Of a DNA stretch of 64,000 nucleotides, positions 8,008 through 18,760 are shown piece after piece. Location of the stretch: contig CAWEXO010000013.1 of NCBI GenBank assembly GCA_963813025.1, positions 448,001-512,000 of the forward strand, read 5' to 3'. The translations under genes and the position numbers were made by a program. The notes beneath the pieces are model-generated. The model made no database searches, was not told where the DNA came from, and saw only the letters and a program-made list of their open reading frames with translations. Source of the DNA: an uncultured Verrucomicrobiae bacterium (GTDB lineage: Bacteria > Verrucomicrobiota > Verrucomicrobiia > Chthoniobacterales > JAFAMB01). Each line of letters opens with the position of its first letter. Position 1 is the first letter of the stretch.

Positions 8008-10086
8008 GTGAATACGAAAATACAATCTGCACAGTTAAACGATGCTCAAGGGCTAAACCTTGATTTCTCTCATTTGTGGCACCTACTGCTGGGCAAGTCC
8101 TGGGTAATTATTCTGTTTTTCGTTTTGAGCCTGGGCGTGGCAATTGCGTATTTGCTCCGGACGCCAAAAATCTACGAGTCGCGTGCGGTGATCCAGGTCG
8201 AACAGGAGGCGCCGAAGATTGTCAAGATCCAGGAGATTAACCCTGAAGACTACACGTTGCCCGAAGCCCTAAAAACGGTCGAGCAGGCTTTAATGAGCGA
8301 CACACTGCTTGTGCGGGTGGTTAAAAGCAGCGGGCTGGAGAAGGACCCCTCGTTCGCTCCGCCGAGAGCCGATGGTGCACTCTATTTGGATAGCGAACTT
8401 GCGCAACGCTTTAAACGGAAACTTTCCGTCGGGCTCCGGCGCGGAACGCGACTGATCGATATCGTGATCCAGGACACCGACCCAAAGCGAGCCCAGCAGT
8501 TAGCGCAGTCCATGGTTGACGAATTCGTCGCCCAGAGTTTCGAGCAGCAGACCAGTGTGGCCAAAGCTGCCAATGACTCTCTCCTGCAGGAAGCCGAACG
8601 TCTCAAGGAAAAGCTCCACAACTCCGAGCAGGCACTGCAACAATACCGGGAAGAGCACCACGCGGTTTCCCTAGAGGACAAACAGAACATTATCGTCGAG
8701 AAACTCAAAGAACTGAATTTGAAGGTGATCGAAGCCAAAGGCGCACGCCTCAAATTGGAGTCCGATCTTGGGACAATCCAGCAAGGCAGAGCAAAGACTC
8801 CGGAGAAGCTGCTGCAACTAGCCAGTGTGACAGCGCTTCCAGAGGTTGCGGATCTGCGCAAGCAGATCGCGCTCAAGGAAGGCGAGTTCAAGGCGCCTGG
8901 TCCAATCGGCGGACTGAAGGAAACGCTAAATCGGACGCTGCTCAATGCCGGAGCACTGTTGATGAAGTCTTATGAAGCCGCTAAAACCACTGAAGCCAAG
9001 CTGACGGCAGCGCTCAAAGAGCAAGAGGAAGCCGCGCTCGAGCTCGACGGGATTGCTATTCCCTATCACGCCCTCCTCCGGGATGTTGAGACCGACCGGG
9101 TCCTCTATGAGTCCGTTCTGTCGCGCATGAAGGAGACCGGTGTGACCAAGAGTTTGGGGGAAAACAGCATCCGTCTCATCGAATCTCCGCTCGTCGCGGC
9201 CAGGCCGGTTAAGCCGGCCAAGTTAAGAATTCTGGAGCTCGCGGCTTTGGCCGGTTTCATCGTCGGGATTGGCATGGTGATAGGCATCGACATGACCGAC
9301 AGCTCCATCCACAGTATCGACCACGCGGAAAAGTTGTTAGGTCTGCCGGTGCTGACCTCGGTCCCCGAATCCAAACGCAAAGATCTTGTCAAAGAATCCG
9401 CTCTCATCGCTGACCCGGCGTCCCACGAGGCAGAAGCATTCCGTTCACTCCGAACAGCGCTCTCTCTCATTGGGCAGGATAAAGGCACTAAAACCATCCT
9501 TTTCACGAGCGCGAATCCCGCCGAGGGTAAAAGTTATTGCGCCTTCAACCATGCAGTATCCCTGGCTCAGTTGGGATTTCGAACCCTCCTGGTGGATGCC
9601 GATCTCCGTCGGCAGAATCTAAGCAAACTGGTCCTCTCAGGAAGGAAAGTTCCAGGACTTACTGCTTGTCTCACCCGGCGCCTCGCCATCGTGGATTGTT
9701 GCAAATCGAACGGCGTCGAGAATCTATTTATTCTCGGCACAGGCCAGCGTGTAGCGAAACCGGCCGAACTGCTTGCTTCCAGTGACTTTGCCCGCCTGCT
9801 TGAAGACGCTTTGCGTCACTTCGATCGGATCGTGCTCGACAGTGCCCCGATCAACCCGGTGAGCGACACTCGGCTTATAGCCAAGAGCATTCAGTCGGTC
9901 TGTCTCGTCGTCCGGGCGGGCAAGACTCCAAGGCGGGCGATTGTTAGGGCGTGTTCGCTCCTTGGCCAAGCGACCCATGACCCCGAAGGAATTGTCTTGA
10001 ACCGGATGGCGAGGAAATCCCCCGATAATTACTACTTCTCTGAATACGGTCAGGAGTACAGAGAGGCCGGCGTGAATGCGAGCTGA
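8008..10086 (+). CDS. wzc: Polysaccharide co-polymerase / BY-kinase (GumC/Wzc family)
   Basis: Two TM segments flanking a coiled coil. Walker A SANPAEGKS, A' LLVDADLR, B IVLDSAP, and a C-terminal Tyr cluster NYYFSEYGQEY. Confidence 0.93.
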   Translation: MNTKIQSAQLNDAQGLNLDFSHLWHLLLGKSWVIILFFVLSLGVAIAYLLRTPKIYESRAVIQVEQEAPKIVKIQEINPEDYTLPEALKTVEQALMSDTLLVRVVKSSGLEKDPSFAPPRADGALYLDSELAQRFKRKLSVGLRRGTRLIDIVIQDTDPKRAQQLAQSMVDEFVAQSFEQQTSVAKAANDSLLQEAERLKEKLHNSEQALQQYREEHHAVSLEDKQNIIVEKLKELNLKVIEAKGARLKLESDLGTIQQGRAKTPEKLLQLASVTALPEVADLRKQIALKEGEFKAPGPIGGLKETLNRTLLNAGALLMKSYEAAKTTEAKLTAALKEQEEAALELDGIAIPYHALLRDVETDRVLYESVLSRMKETGVTKSLGENSIRLIESPLVAARPVKPAKLRILELAALAGFIVGIGMVIGIDMTDSSIHSIDHAEKLLGLPVLTSVPESKRKDLVKESALIADPASHEAEAFRSLRTALSLIGQDKGTKTILFTSANPAEGKSYCAFNHAVSLAQLGFRTLLVDADLRRQNLSKLVLSGRKVPGLTACLTRRLAIVDCCKSNGVENLFILGTGQRVAKPAELLASSDFARLLEDALRHFDRIVLDSAPINPVSDTRLIAKSIQSVCLVVRAGKTPRRAIVRACSLLGQATHDPEGIVLNRMARKSPDNYYFSEYGQEYREAGVNAS

Positions 10087-10177
10087 GAAAGAAAGGATTT
10101 AACAGCTGTTAGAAAGCATCTATCAGTTTAAGGGTAGTAGGCTTGCACTGACCAAGACCGGGGCGAGCCGGGCGGAT

Positions 10178-11602
10178 TTGGGATTGACTGATCAATCCAG
10201 GCAATTGCCGCATCGGATCGCTTTCCTCTGCTTCGCTGGAGATGCGGTCATCGTTGGGGTGTGCCTTTTAGTGGCGTTCTGGCTGCGGTTTGACACCGGT
10301 CTCCGCACGTTGGGTGTAGAGGCGCCGGGACTTGGCCTCAGCGATTATTACAGTTATATTGGCTGCGGTTCGATCTCGTTGCTGCTCGTGCTTGCGCAGA
10401 AGCGGATGTATGACAGCAATTGGCTGCTGCACCGGTATTCGAGGCTCAAGCATGTCATCGTAGCCTGCCTGATCTGGGGCGCAGGTTTTCTGGGCTTTTC
10501 GTTGCTCTTTAAATTCCAACCCCCCCTGTCCCGTGTCTATGTCGCCTTGGCAACGGTTTCCGTAATGACCGGCCTTTACGCCTGGCGAACCTTCTTCTCG
10601 GGCTACGTGCGGCAGGAAGCCGTCGCTCGCAAGCTCCGGCAGCGAATCCTCGTGGTCGGCTGGACTCCGTATGCCCAACGACTGAAAGACATCATCGACC
10701 ATGATCCGTCGCATCCTTACGAGGTGGTTTGCTGCGTTCCCGCCCCGGACGGTGATTTCCAGCAGGAACCTTCGAGTGGTGTAATGCGGGCTGACAGTTA
10801 CAACGAGATTCGCCGTCTGGTCGAGACCCTGGCGCTCGATATCGTTCTAGTGGCCGATGTCAACGTTCCGGTGAAAGATTGGGAGGCCTTGGCCTCTTTT
10901 TGTGAGAAGGAATTGGTTCAGTTTAAGGTAGTTCCTTCGTATTTCAGCGTCCTTGTCTCTGGACTCCATTTGGAAATGATCAGTGGTATTCCCATCCTCG
11001 GGGTATCCCGCTTGCCCCTCGACTGCATGTTTAACAAGCTGATAAAGCGTCTCATCGACATCGTTGGCGCCAGCGTCGGTTTGCTCCTATCCGCCCCGCT
11101 CATCGTCATCTTTGGCGCGCTAGTCTATCGCGAATCGCCCGGGCCGATCTTTTACAGCCAGCGACGCCTTGGTAGGAATGGCAAGATGTTCAAGATGTTC
11201 AAAATTCGCAGTATGCGGCTGGACGCGGAGAAAGACGGGAAAGTCGGCTGGTCCACGAAAGACGACCCGCGCCGGCTTCGAATCGGCGCGTTTATACGAA
11301 AATGGAACATCGACGAAGCGCCACAATTCTGGAATGTTCTCAAAGGAGAGATGAGTCTGGTTGGGCCGCGGCCGGAACGTCCGGAGTTGATCCACAATTT
11401 TAAGCACGACATTCCGCACTACAATGCCCGGCATACAGTGAAACCAGGGGTCACTGGCTGGGCCCAGGTGAACGGTCTCCGGGGTGACACTGACCTGGCC
11501 GAGCGAATCAGTTATGACCTTTATTATGTTGAGCACTGGAATGTATTTTTTGATCTCCAGACCATGTTCCTGACATTCTTTAAACGTCAAAATGCTCATT
11601 GA
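10178..11602 (+). CDS. Undecaprenyl-phosphate sugar-1-phosphate transferase (WcaJ/CpsE type)
   Basis: N-terminal TM helices, then [50 protein letters not shown]. Confidence 0.95.
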   Translation: MGLTDQSRQLPHRIAFLCFAGDAVIVGVCLLVAFWLRFDTGLRTLGVEAPGLGLSDYYSYIGCGSISLLLVLAQKRMYDSNWLLHRYSRLKHVIVACLIWGAGFLGFSLLFKFQPPLSRVYVALATVSVMTGLYAWRTFFSGYVRQEAVARKLRQRILVVGWTPYAQRLKDIIDHDPSHPYEVVCCVPAPDGDFQQEPSSGVMRADSYNEIRRLVETLALDIVLVADVNVPVKDWEALASFCEKELVQFKVVPSYFSVLVSGLHLEMISGIPILGVSRLPLDCMFNKLIKRLIDIVGASVGLLLSAPLIVIFGALVYRESPGPIFYSQRRLGRNGKMFKMFKIRSMRLDAEKDGKVGWSTKDDPRRLRIGAFIRKWNIDEAPQFWNVLKGEMSLVGPRPERPELIHNFKHDIPHYNARHTVKPGVTGWAQVNGLRGDTDLAERISYDLYYVEHWNVFFDLQTMFLTFFKRQNAH

Positions 11603-11843
11603 AGATGCGGCGCAGGTAAACACTCTCTTGGCCGACGCGATCTGGGAGCAGGTCATCGTTGGCAGGATCGGCATCCTGCTGGTCAAGGATTAGTACACGC
11701 TAGAAGCTTGCGACCTCGAGAGTTGGGTGCTACACGTCGCTTCGGAAGGTGCGGCCAATGGAGAGCAGCGGTCGTTCGAGACGGCGGTGATAGTTGAGAA
11801 AATGAACGGAAGTATCAATCCAACCGGAATGGTTGCGACCAAG

Positions 11844-11855
11844 GGCGGCAGCTTG
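11844..11855 (+). promoter_or_regulatory. ops-like pause element
   Basis: GGCGGCAGCTTG versus the ops consensus GGCGGTAGnnTG (1 mismatch), about 40 nt upstream of the RfaH-like gene. Confidence 0.4.
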
Positions 11856-11893
11856 CCGGTATTGCTCGTTCACTTCTGGCGAACGAAAAAGCT

Positions 11894-12445
11894 ATGCTAC
11901 TGACTGTCTCCGAACTTTGGCATTGCTCGGTGAGAGATCGGTGGTTCTGTCTGAGGGCTCAGCCCAAACGGGAGCATATCGCAGCGGCTTGCCTGCGGCA
12001 GATCTCAGAAGTGGAGGTTTTCTGTCCTCGGGTACGTTTTCGCAAATCCACAACCCGTGGGCTCGTCTGGTTCGTCGAATCCATGTTCCCAGGGTACCTT
12101 TTTGCCCGATTTGATTATACAGTCTTCAATCGGCAAGTCAGGCAGGGGCCGGGCGTTAGCGGTTTCGTCCAATTCGGGGAACGTCTTGCGCTGTTGCCTG
12201 ATGCGCTAATCAACGAAATTCGAACCCGCACTGGTCCGGATGAACTTGTAGAGTTAGCGCCAGCGCTGGAGCCCGGACAAGGCGTCCGGATTACCCAAGG
12301 CCCATTCCAAGGCTTGGAGGCCTTGGTTACTCGACTCATCACAGCCAGGGAGCGCGTCGAAATTCTCATCGAATGGATGGGCCGCGGTCTCTTTGCCGAA
12401 GCCAGCGTCGCAGACCTGGTGCCTCTCACCGATCCGAGAGCGTAG
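11894..12445 (+). CDS. NusG paralogue, RfaH/UpxY-type antiterminator
   Basis: NGN domain (WFCLRAQPKRE, MFPGYLFARF, GVSGFVQFG) plus KOW (PGQGVRITQGPFQG). Confidence 0.92.
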   Translation: MLLTVSELWHCSVRDRWFCLRAQPKREHIAAACLRQISEVEVFCPRVRFRKSTTRGLVWFVESMFPGYLFARFDYTVFNRQVRQGPGVSGFVQFGERLALLPDALINEIRTRTGPDELVELAPALEPGQGVRITQGPFQGLEALVTRLITARERVEILIEWMGRGLFAEASVADLVPLTDPRA

Positions 12446-12603
12446 TCCAGTATTCGTTTTTAACGCAGTCAAATCGTCCTTCGAGACGCGAGATATAGAC
12501 TGAACCGCCCCTCAGGAAACTACCAACAGATTGGAAAAATTATAACTGAGTCCTATCCTCAGCGTACCTCTGCGTGACTTTGCGCGAGGCCGCCTAATAC
12601 CTA

Positions 12604-13418
12604 ATGCACGAACTTATAATCGAACCCGGCCGCACCGAGAAAAACTATTGGCGCGACCTCTGGCGCTATCGCGAGCTTTTTTACATCCTCGCCTGGCGAG
12701 ACCTTAGCGTTCGCTACAAGCAAACGTCATCAGTGTGACTTGGGCGATTCTTCGCCCCTTTCTCGCGATGCTGATTTTTACGTCGTATTTGGCCGGATCA
12801 CCAAGATGCCTTCCAATGGGATCCCTTATCCCATCCTGGTCTTCGTCGCGATGCTGCCGTGGCAATTCTTCGCCAATTCGCTCTCGGAAGCCAGCCAGAG
12901 TCTGATTGTCAATACCAACCTTATATCGAAAGTTTACTTCCCGCGGTTGATCATTCCGGCCGGCGCAGTTATTACCAGTCTGGTGGATCTCCTGATCTCC
13001 GCCGCGCTCCTGGGGGTCCTGATGGTGGTTTCACTTCCTGCCGGACTGGCGGCTGCTTACCCTTCCTTTCTTCACGCTGCTGGCCTTTCTCGCTGCGCTC
13101 GGTCCGGGCTTGTACCTGACGGCTCTCACCGTCAAATTTCGGGATTTTCGTTACGTTCTTCCGTTTATCCTACAATTCGGACTCTTTATTTCGCCGGTCG
13201 GATTCAGCAGCGATGTTATCCCGGACAAATGGCGCCTGCTCTATTCCCTTAATCCCATCGTTGGAGTCATCGATGGGTTCCGTTGGGCCGTTTGTCGCGG
13301 CCTGCCGGGAATTTACTTGCCGGGCTTCGCTCTCTCGATGGCAACTATCATCGTCTTCCTCTGGCTCGGTATCTGGTATTTCCGCAGGACGGAGAAGGCT
13401 TTCGCGGATGTGATCTAA
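12604..13418 (+). pseudogene. wzm: ABC-2 polysaccharide export permease, copy 1 (two frameshifts)
   Basis: YWRDLWRYRELFYILAWRDLSVRYKQT, NLISKVYFPR, FRDFRY..PF, LNPIVGVIDGFR. Frame breaks near 12725 and 13030. Confidence 0.88.
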
Positions 13419-13483
13419 ACGCAGATCGCTCACTACGGAAAGCGTCGGTAATCCGAAATTCACATTCCGCAATTGGCAATTTT

Positions 13484-14150
13484 ATGTCTGACACAGTGAT
13501 CTCGGTCGAAAACCTCGGCAAGCTCTACACCGTGATCCACAAGGGCAACGGCGAGCGCTACACGACGTAATTGCCCGGCAAGCTGCTGCGCCCTCAGGGC
13601 AATTGGTGAGAAATTGCGGGGGCGAAGCGGGCCGAATGGTTCAGCTCCCCACGGTTCTGCTTCCAAAAACTCGGTTGACAACCTCTGGGCGCTTAAAGAA
13701 GTGTCGTTTGACGTTAAGGAGGGGATATGCTCGGTATCATCGGACGAGATGGCGCCGGTAAATCCACTCTGCCGAAGATTCTGAGCAGAATCACGGAACC
13801 AACCGAAGGCCGCGTAGCCAGCCTGCTGGAAGTCGGCTCTGGCTTTCACCCGGAACTGACCGGACGCGAGAACATTTATCTGAACGGTTCGATCCTTGAG
13901 ATGAGCCGGGCCGAGATCGAGGCCAAGTTCCGAGATCGTGGCTTTCGCTGAAGTGGAAAAGTTTTTGGATACCCCAGTCAAGCGCTACAGCAGCGGTATG
14001 TAGTGCGCCTTGCCTTTGCGGTCGCGGCGCATCTGGAGCCGGAAATTCTAATCGTGGATGAAGTACTCGCGGTAGGGGATAGCTGCATTTCAAAAAAAGT
14101 GCCTGGGAAAAATGAAACAAGTGAGCCGCTCAGAAGGAAAAACAGGGATC
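13484..14150 (+). pseudogene. wzt: ABC export ATPase, copy 1 (degraded)
   Basis: [64 protein letters not shown]. It carries in-frame stops (13568, 14001), frameshifts and a 3' truncation. Confidence 0.88.
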
Positions 14151-14249
14151 AGCGCCCTACGGAATTATGGTTTTTGCTGCCATTCTGCCTTGACAGTTCT
14201 TTGCGGATGCAGTTTCCGACTCCAGCCAGAGCCCGGTCGGCAATGCGAA

Positions 14250-14712
14250 GCTCATATCCGAGATTTATTTTCCTCGGCTTATCGTTCCAGCAAGCTCCGT
14301 AGGAGCATTGCCAGCGGATAAAACGCTCGCGGCCATCAACAACGCCGATATCTTTGTGCTCTGCAGTAAAACCGGAAGCAATGATGAGGCCGAAGGCACG
14401 CCCACGGTGATCATCGAAGCGCAGGCAATTGGCCTGCCCTGCGTCAGCACCACTCACGCCGGAATTCCCGAAATGATACCTCCTGAAAACCACTGGCTGC
14501 TCGCACCCGAAGGCAAGGTTGACGAAATCGCCGAACGGATGCAGTGGCTGCTTCAATGCCCAAAAGCAACTGTGCTGGAGTTAACCACTCGGGGACAGGA
14601 TTTCGTCGGCAAACATTTCGATCTGTCCACGGAAGCATCTAAATTTATGTCCCTTTACTGCGACATCACTGCCAAAAGAGCGCCTGCGCTTCCGCGGAGA
14701 ATCCTGGCATGA
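14250..14712 (+). pseudogene. GT4 glycosyltransferase (WcaL-like), C-terminal fragment
   Basis: ADIFVLCS...EGTPTVIIEAQAIGLPCVSTTHAGIPE. No N-terminal domain. Confidence 0.8.
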
Positions 14713-16157
14713 GCTTGCTTCGGCATACTTTTAGCGCCGTCAAATGGACTACCGGGGCGAAGATCGCCCAACAGGGCCTGCAGTTCGTGATGTTTACAGT
14801 TCTCATGCGGCTGCTCGGCCCCGAAGCGTTTGGCCTCATAGGCATGGTGCTTGTCTTCTCCGGGTTCGCCGGCATATTCACCGAAATGGGCTTTGGTTCC
14901 GCCCTGGTGCAACGTGACAATCTCACCGAAGCGCAACGCTCGACCATTTTCTGGTTCACCACCGGGACCGGCGCGTTGCTGACTTTGGTCTTCGCCATCG
15001 CGGCGCCTTTCATCGCGGCTTTTTACAAAGAGCCTTTGCTGAAACCAATGACGATCTGGATTGCCCTAAGCTTCGTCTTCAGCGCGCCGGGAATCGTGCC
15101 ACGATCCCTGCTTATGAAGGCGCTTCGTTTCGATGTGCTGGCAAAAGTGGATGTGACCGCCATGTTAATTTCCGGGGTTGTGGCTGCGGCAGTGGCCGCG
15201 ACCGGCGGTGGAGTGTGGAGTCTCGTGGCGCAACAATTGGTGAGCGCGGGCGTGACCACTCTCCTCCTTTTTTGGTTCGGCACGTGGCGTCCTTGCTTGC
15301 TTTGGTCCTCCCAGGGCCTCCGCGAACTTTTCGGCTACGGCGCGGGTCTGACCGGTTTCAACATGATCAATTATTGGGCGCGCTCGGCGGACAAAATGCT
15401 CATCGGCAGTATGCTTGGCACCATCGCGCTTGGTCTGTATTCGCGTGCCTATTCGCTAATGCTCCTTCCACTGACGCAAATCGTGAGTGTCGTGACGCCG
15501 GTTATGTTTCCCGCCATGTCCACCATCAAGGACGACAAAGCGCGCGTCCGTCGGGTTTTCCTGCACATGACGACCTTGCTCACGTTTATTATTTTTCCCA
15601 TGATGCTTGGACTTATCGTCGTGGCCGACCCGTTTGTGAAAGGGCTTTTCGGCACACAATGGATAGGCGCCATTCCGTTAATTCAGATTCTCGCAGCCGT
15701 CGGGATGGCCCAGACACTTTGCAATCCGGTCGGCCTGATTTACACCTCTCAAGGTCGGACGGACTGGCTGTTCTGGTGGGGAATCGGAGGTTCGGGAGCG
15801 CTGGTGATTTCCATCCTAATCGGCGCTTTCCTCGGGAGTGTCAAAGACGTGGCCATCGCCTATTTCATCGGCAACTTACTTGTTACGGGGCCGTGTTTGG
15901 CCATTCCTGGACGATTGATAGGAATGACTTGGCGGGATGTATGGCAGGCCATCGCCGGAAATTTGGCATGCGCCTCTGGCATGGCGGTTGCGGTGTGGGG
16001 AATCTCTTGCGTTCTGCCCAAAGGCATGGCGCCGCTCTTGCAACTGTTGATTTTGGTGCCGTTTGGAATTCTCGTTTTCGGAGCTTTGGCTTACGTTTCG
16101 AAGCTCACGGTTCTGTCTCAATTGGCTCAGATGCGTTTGCGGCTCGCTTCAGCCTAG
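14709..16157 (+). CDS. wzx: Wzx flippase (WzxC-like, MOP superfamily)
   Basis: About 12-14 TM segments. Motifs RLLGPEAFGL, GFGSALVQ, GVWSLVAQQL, LGLYSRAY. Confidence 0.92.
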   Translation: MSLLRHTFSAVKWTTGAKIAQQGLQFVMFTVLMRLLGPEAFGLIGMVLVFSGFAGIFTEMGFGSALVQRDNLTEAQRSTIFWFTTGTGALLTLVFAIAAPFIAAFYKEPLLKPMTIWIALSFVFSAPGIVPRSLLMKALRFDVLAKVDVTAMLISGVVAAAVAATGGGVWSLVAQQLVSAGVTTLLLFWFGTWRPCLLWSSQGLRELFGYGAGLTGFNMINYWARSADKMLIGSMLGTIALGLYSRAYSLMLLPLTQIVSVVTPVMFPAMSTIKDDKARVRRVFLHMTTLLTFIIFPMMLGLIVVADPFVKGLFGTQWIGAIPLIQILAAVGMAQTLCNPVGLIYTSQGRTDWLFWWGIGGSGALVISILIGAFLGSVKDVAIAYFIGNLLVTGPCLAIPGRLIGMTWRDVWQAIAGNLACASGMAVAVWGISCVLPKGMAPLLQLLILVPFGILVFGALAYVSKLTVLSQLAQMRLRLASA

Positions 16158-16167
16158 ACGTCAAATC

Positions 16168-16830
16168 ATGATAGTAACCATTGAGGACTCCGGTATCGGT
16201 TACAAGGCATATTACCAAAAGTACTATGCTGACCGTGCTCTGGAGCACTATAGCTGGCTCTTATCGGACATCGTTCATTATGGCCGGGCTGGAAAAATTC
16301 TCGACCTCGGATGCGGGACGGCGCTGTTTGTTGAACTGGCATGCAAATGGGGATTGGACGCAATGGGATGTGATGGTTCTGAAGAAGCCTTGGAAATCGC
16401 CCGACGCCGTAATCCAAAATTGAATTTGTCCCACTTCAAATTGAGCTGCGACCTGCCGTTCGATGACACGTCCATTTCTAATGTGCTGCTAAACCAGGTA
16501 ATTGAGCACTTGCCGCCCGCCGTGCTGTCTCGCTTGTTGCTGGAATGCAGACGCGTGCTGCTCACCGGCGGCATGCTGTTTATTCATTCCCCGAACAAGG
16601 CGAACAAACACGAGGTCTCAAAAGATCCAACTCACATCAATCCGTTGTATCCCTCCGAACTGCGCGATTTACTCAATGCCGCCGATTTTGAGGTCATGGC
16701 CGAACCAAATGGACTGCGATTCTCCTGCGGAAACTTTTTGCCTTCGAGGATCAGCGGACTGCTTTTGCGTGGCCCACTCCAAAATTGGTTAAGCTCGACG
16801 ACCAATGCCTACGCCCGCAAGACCGAATGA
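16168..16830 (+). CDS. Class I SAM-dependent methyltransferase
   Basis: ILDLGCGT, VIEHL, RRVLLTGG, DPTH. Confidence 0.85.
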   Translation: MIVTIEDSGIGYKAYYQKYYADRALEHYSWLLSDIVHYGRAGKILDLGCGTALFVELACKWGLDAMGCDGSEEALEIARRRNPKLNLSHFKLSCDLPFDDTSISNVLLNQVIEHLPPAVLSRLLLECRRVLLTGGMLFIHSPNKANKHEVSKDPTHINPLYPSELRDLLNAADFEVMAEPNGLRFSCGNFLPSRISGLLLRGPLQNWLSSTTNAYARKTE

Positions 16831-17600
16831 GAAAGGAAGCTTTTTGGACAGAAAGGTTGCGCACGCACGGCCATACCGGCTGGGCTGACCCGGTGATTTA
16901 TCCTTACGATCAACTTGAACGTCTCGCCTTGGTTGAAGCCACAATTTCCAAGTCTCATGTCGCCCGCGGGGCCGCGCTCGATTTCGGATGCGGTACCGGC
17001 GATTTTTCCAGATTGTTATTCAGACTTGGATTCGATGTTTTCGGTTACGATCCATTTGTGCGCCCCAATATTAATTCTGAAAATTTCAAGTATTCAAATA
17101 CCTATGAAGGCATCCCTTTGGAAAACAATACTGCCGCGCTTGTGGTTTCGATAACGACACTCGATCACATTCTGAAAGAACAAGACCTCCTCGAAGCCCT
17201 TGGGTTTATTCGCCGCGTGCTAAAAAAAACAGGCATTTTTTTACTTTTGGAATATGCGGTGGATTCGACTGCCGACCGGGAACGTCTTGGTTTGAAAAAC
17301 AGTTATCAGTCATTTCGGACACTGGCCGAATGGAGGACTTTGCTGGCTCAAACAGCTTTCAAAATTAATGACGTCCTCTCTGTTCCTCATCCGTTGTTTA
17401 GCCCTTCGCCTGGTTATTCAGCCTATATGCAGACCCCGATCGCACGATTGAGAAAACGCTGCGGGCGCCTCCCGTTGGCCAGGCATTGGTATGATCCGCT
17501 TCTCTGGCGGCGCGCGGCAAAATTGATCGAAGAATATCCGCCTGCATCGGATGCCAATGTCTCCACGCCGCTGAAGTTGCTTGTTTGTTCCGCGGCGTGA
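16827..17600 (+). CDS. Class I SAM-dependent methyltransferase
   Basis: ALDFGCGTG, ITTLDHI, N-terminal GHTGWADP. ATGA overlap with the previous gene. Confidence 0.85.
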   Translation: MRKEAFWTERLRTHGHTGWADPVIYPYDQLERLALVEATISKSHVARGAALDFGCGTGDFSRLLFRLGFDVFGYDPFVRPNINSENFKYSNTYEGIPLENNTAALVVSITTLDHILKEQDLLEALGFIRRVLKKTGIFLLLEYAVDSTADRERLGLKNSYQSFRTLAEWRTLLAQTAFKINDVLSVPHPLFSPSPGYSAYMQTPIARLRKRCGRLPLARHWYDPLLWRRAAKLIEEYPPASDANVSTPLKLLVCSAA

Positions 17601-17649
17601 ATCCTTTTCATCAACTTCCGTTATGGACCGTGGTCCACAACCAATCTGA

Positions 17650-18192
17650 ATGGCCGCGCACGACAGTTTTTTGAATCCCACCTGCTCGCGTTCGACGCTG
17701 GACCTCTATCAATGGCGAAAGTCAATCTTGCATGCGCTGGTTGAGCAGCTTCCTGGTTTTGAAGGCACTTTCCTGGACGTTGGCTGCGGTCGGATGCCCT
17801 ATAAGCCTCTCGTCCTCGCCCCGCCCAGCTGCGTTCAAAAGTATATCGACATGGATTTGGGAATGGACAAATACGGCCAACCGGATTTGAAGTGGGATGG
17901 GCAAACGATTCCGTTGGAAGGAGGCCTGGTCCAATGCGCCATGGCAATAGAGGTGCTCGAACACTGTCCAGAGCCGGAAATGGTCTTGCGCGAAGTGGCA
18001 CGGGTACTCGCGCCAAATGGATTGTTCTTTTTTACCGTCCCCTTTTTATGGCCGCCGCACGATGCGCCGTATGACGAAAACCGTTACACACCTTTCGCCC
18101 TGGAGCGTCATCTTCGCAACGCCGGATTTGAAAACATCAAATTGAAATCCCTGGAACGCCAGCCTGGCTGGTCGCGTGCGTTGATTTCCTAA
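17650..18192 (+). CDS. SAM-dependent methyltransferase (type 11), probably 3'-truncated
   Basis: LDVGCGRMPY, EVLEHCPEP, RVLAPNG, TVPFLWP.HDAPYD..RYT. The end runs into a wzm relic. Confidence 0.82.
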   Translation: MAAHDSFLNPTCSRSTLDLYQWRKSILHALVEQLPGFEGTFLDVGCGRMPYKPLVLAPPSCVQKYIDMDLGMDKYGQPDLKWDGQTIPLEGGLVQCAMAIEVLEHCPEPEMVLREVARVLAPNGLFFFTVPFLWPPHDAPYDENRYTPFALERHLRNAGFENIKLKSLERQPGWSRALIS

Positions 18193-18513
18193 TTTCCTCT
18201 CTGACCCGGATTAGTCGTGACGGCTTTGAACGTCAAATTCTAAGACTTTCGATTTGTGATCCCTTTCCTGGTTCAGTTCGGTCTATACCTTTGTCCGGTG
18301 GGATTCAGTAGCACCGTAGTTCGAGAGAAACTTGGGGATACCATTTTCATGCTCCACTCACTGAACCTATGGTCGGCATCATTGACGGCTTCCACAATCC
18401 GAGTATCTACCTGGCCGGCTTCTGCGTGTCCATATTTATTGCTGCGGTGTTCCTGATCGTCGGTATCTGGTACTTCCGTAAAACCATAGCGAACGTTTGC
18501 GGACATTATTTAG
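18165..18513 (+). pseudogene. wzm: wzm relic, copy 2 (C-terminal part)
   Basis: TALNVKF*DFRFVIPFLVQFGLYLCPVGFSS...GIWYFRK..FADII*, homologous to copy 1. Confidence 0.8.
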
Positions 18514-18557
18514 CCGCCACAAATTATTTGATTAAGAGTAGTAAATAGCCGACCGCT

Positions 18558-18720
18558 ATGGCCTCGGACGCCGTCATTAAAGTCGAAAACCTTTCGAAGA
18601 AGTACACCATCCGGCGCCAGACTGGTGGGTCCGGGAACGGATTACGTCATGTGGTTGAGGCTGCCAGTGGCGGCACCATTTAAAGCGTCGGGTCGAAAAT
18701 TGCGGAAGCACATGCGTCTT
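18558..18720 (+). pseudogene. wzt: wzt relic, copy 2 (N-terminus only)
   Basis: MASDAVIKVENLSKKYTIRRQ directly after the wzm relic. Confidence 0.7.
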
Positions 18721-18760
18721 CTCTCAAGCGTCGAGTCAAAAAGCTGATCCATGCGTAGCA

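Noticed and set aside
15215..16171. 318-aa alternative-frame ORF
   Set aside because: It overlaps wzx, is Arg-rich and has no motifs, so it is a shadow ORF.
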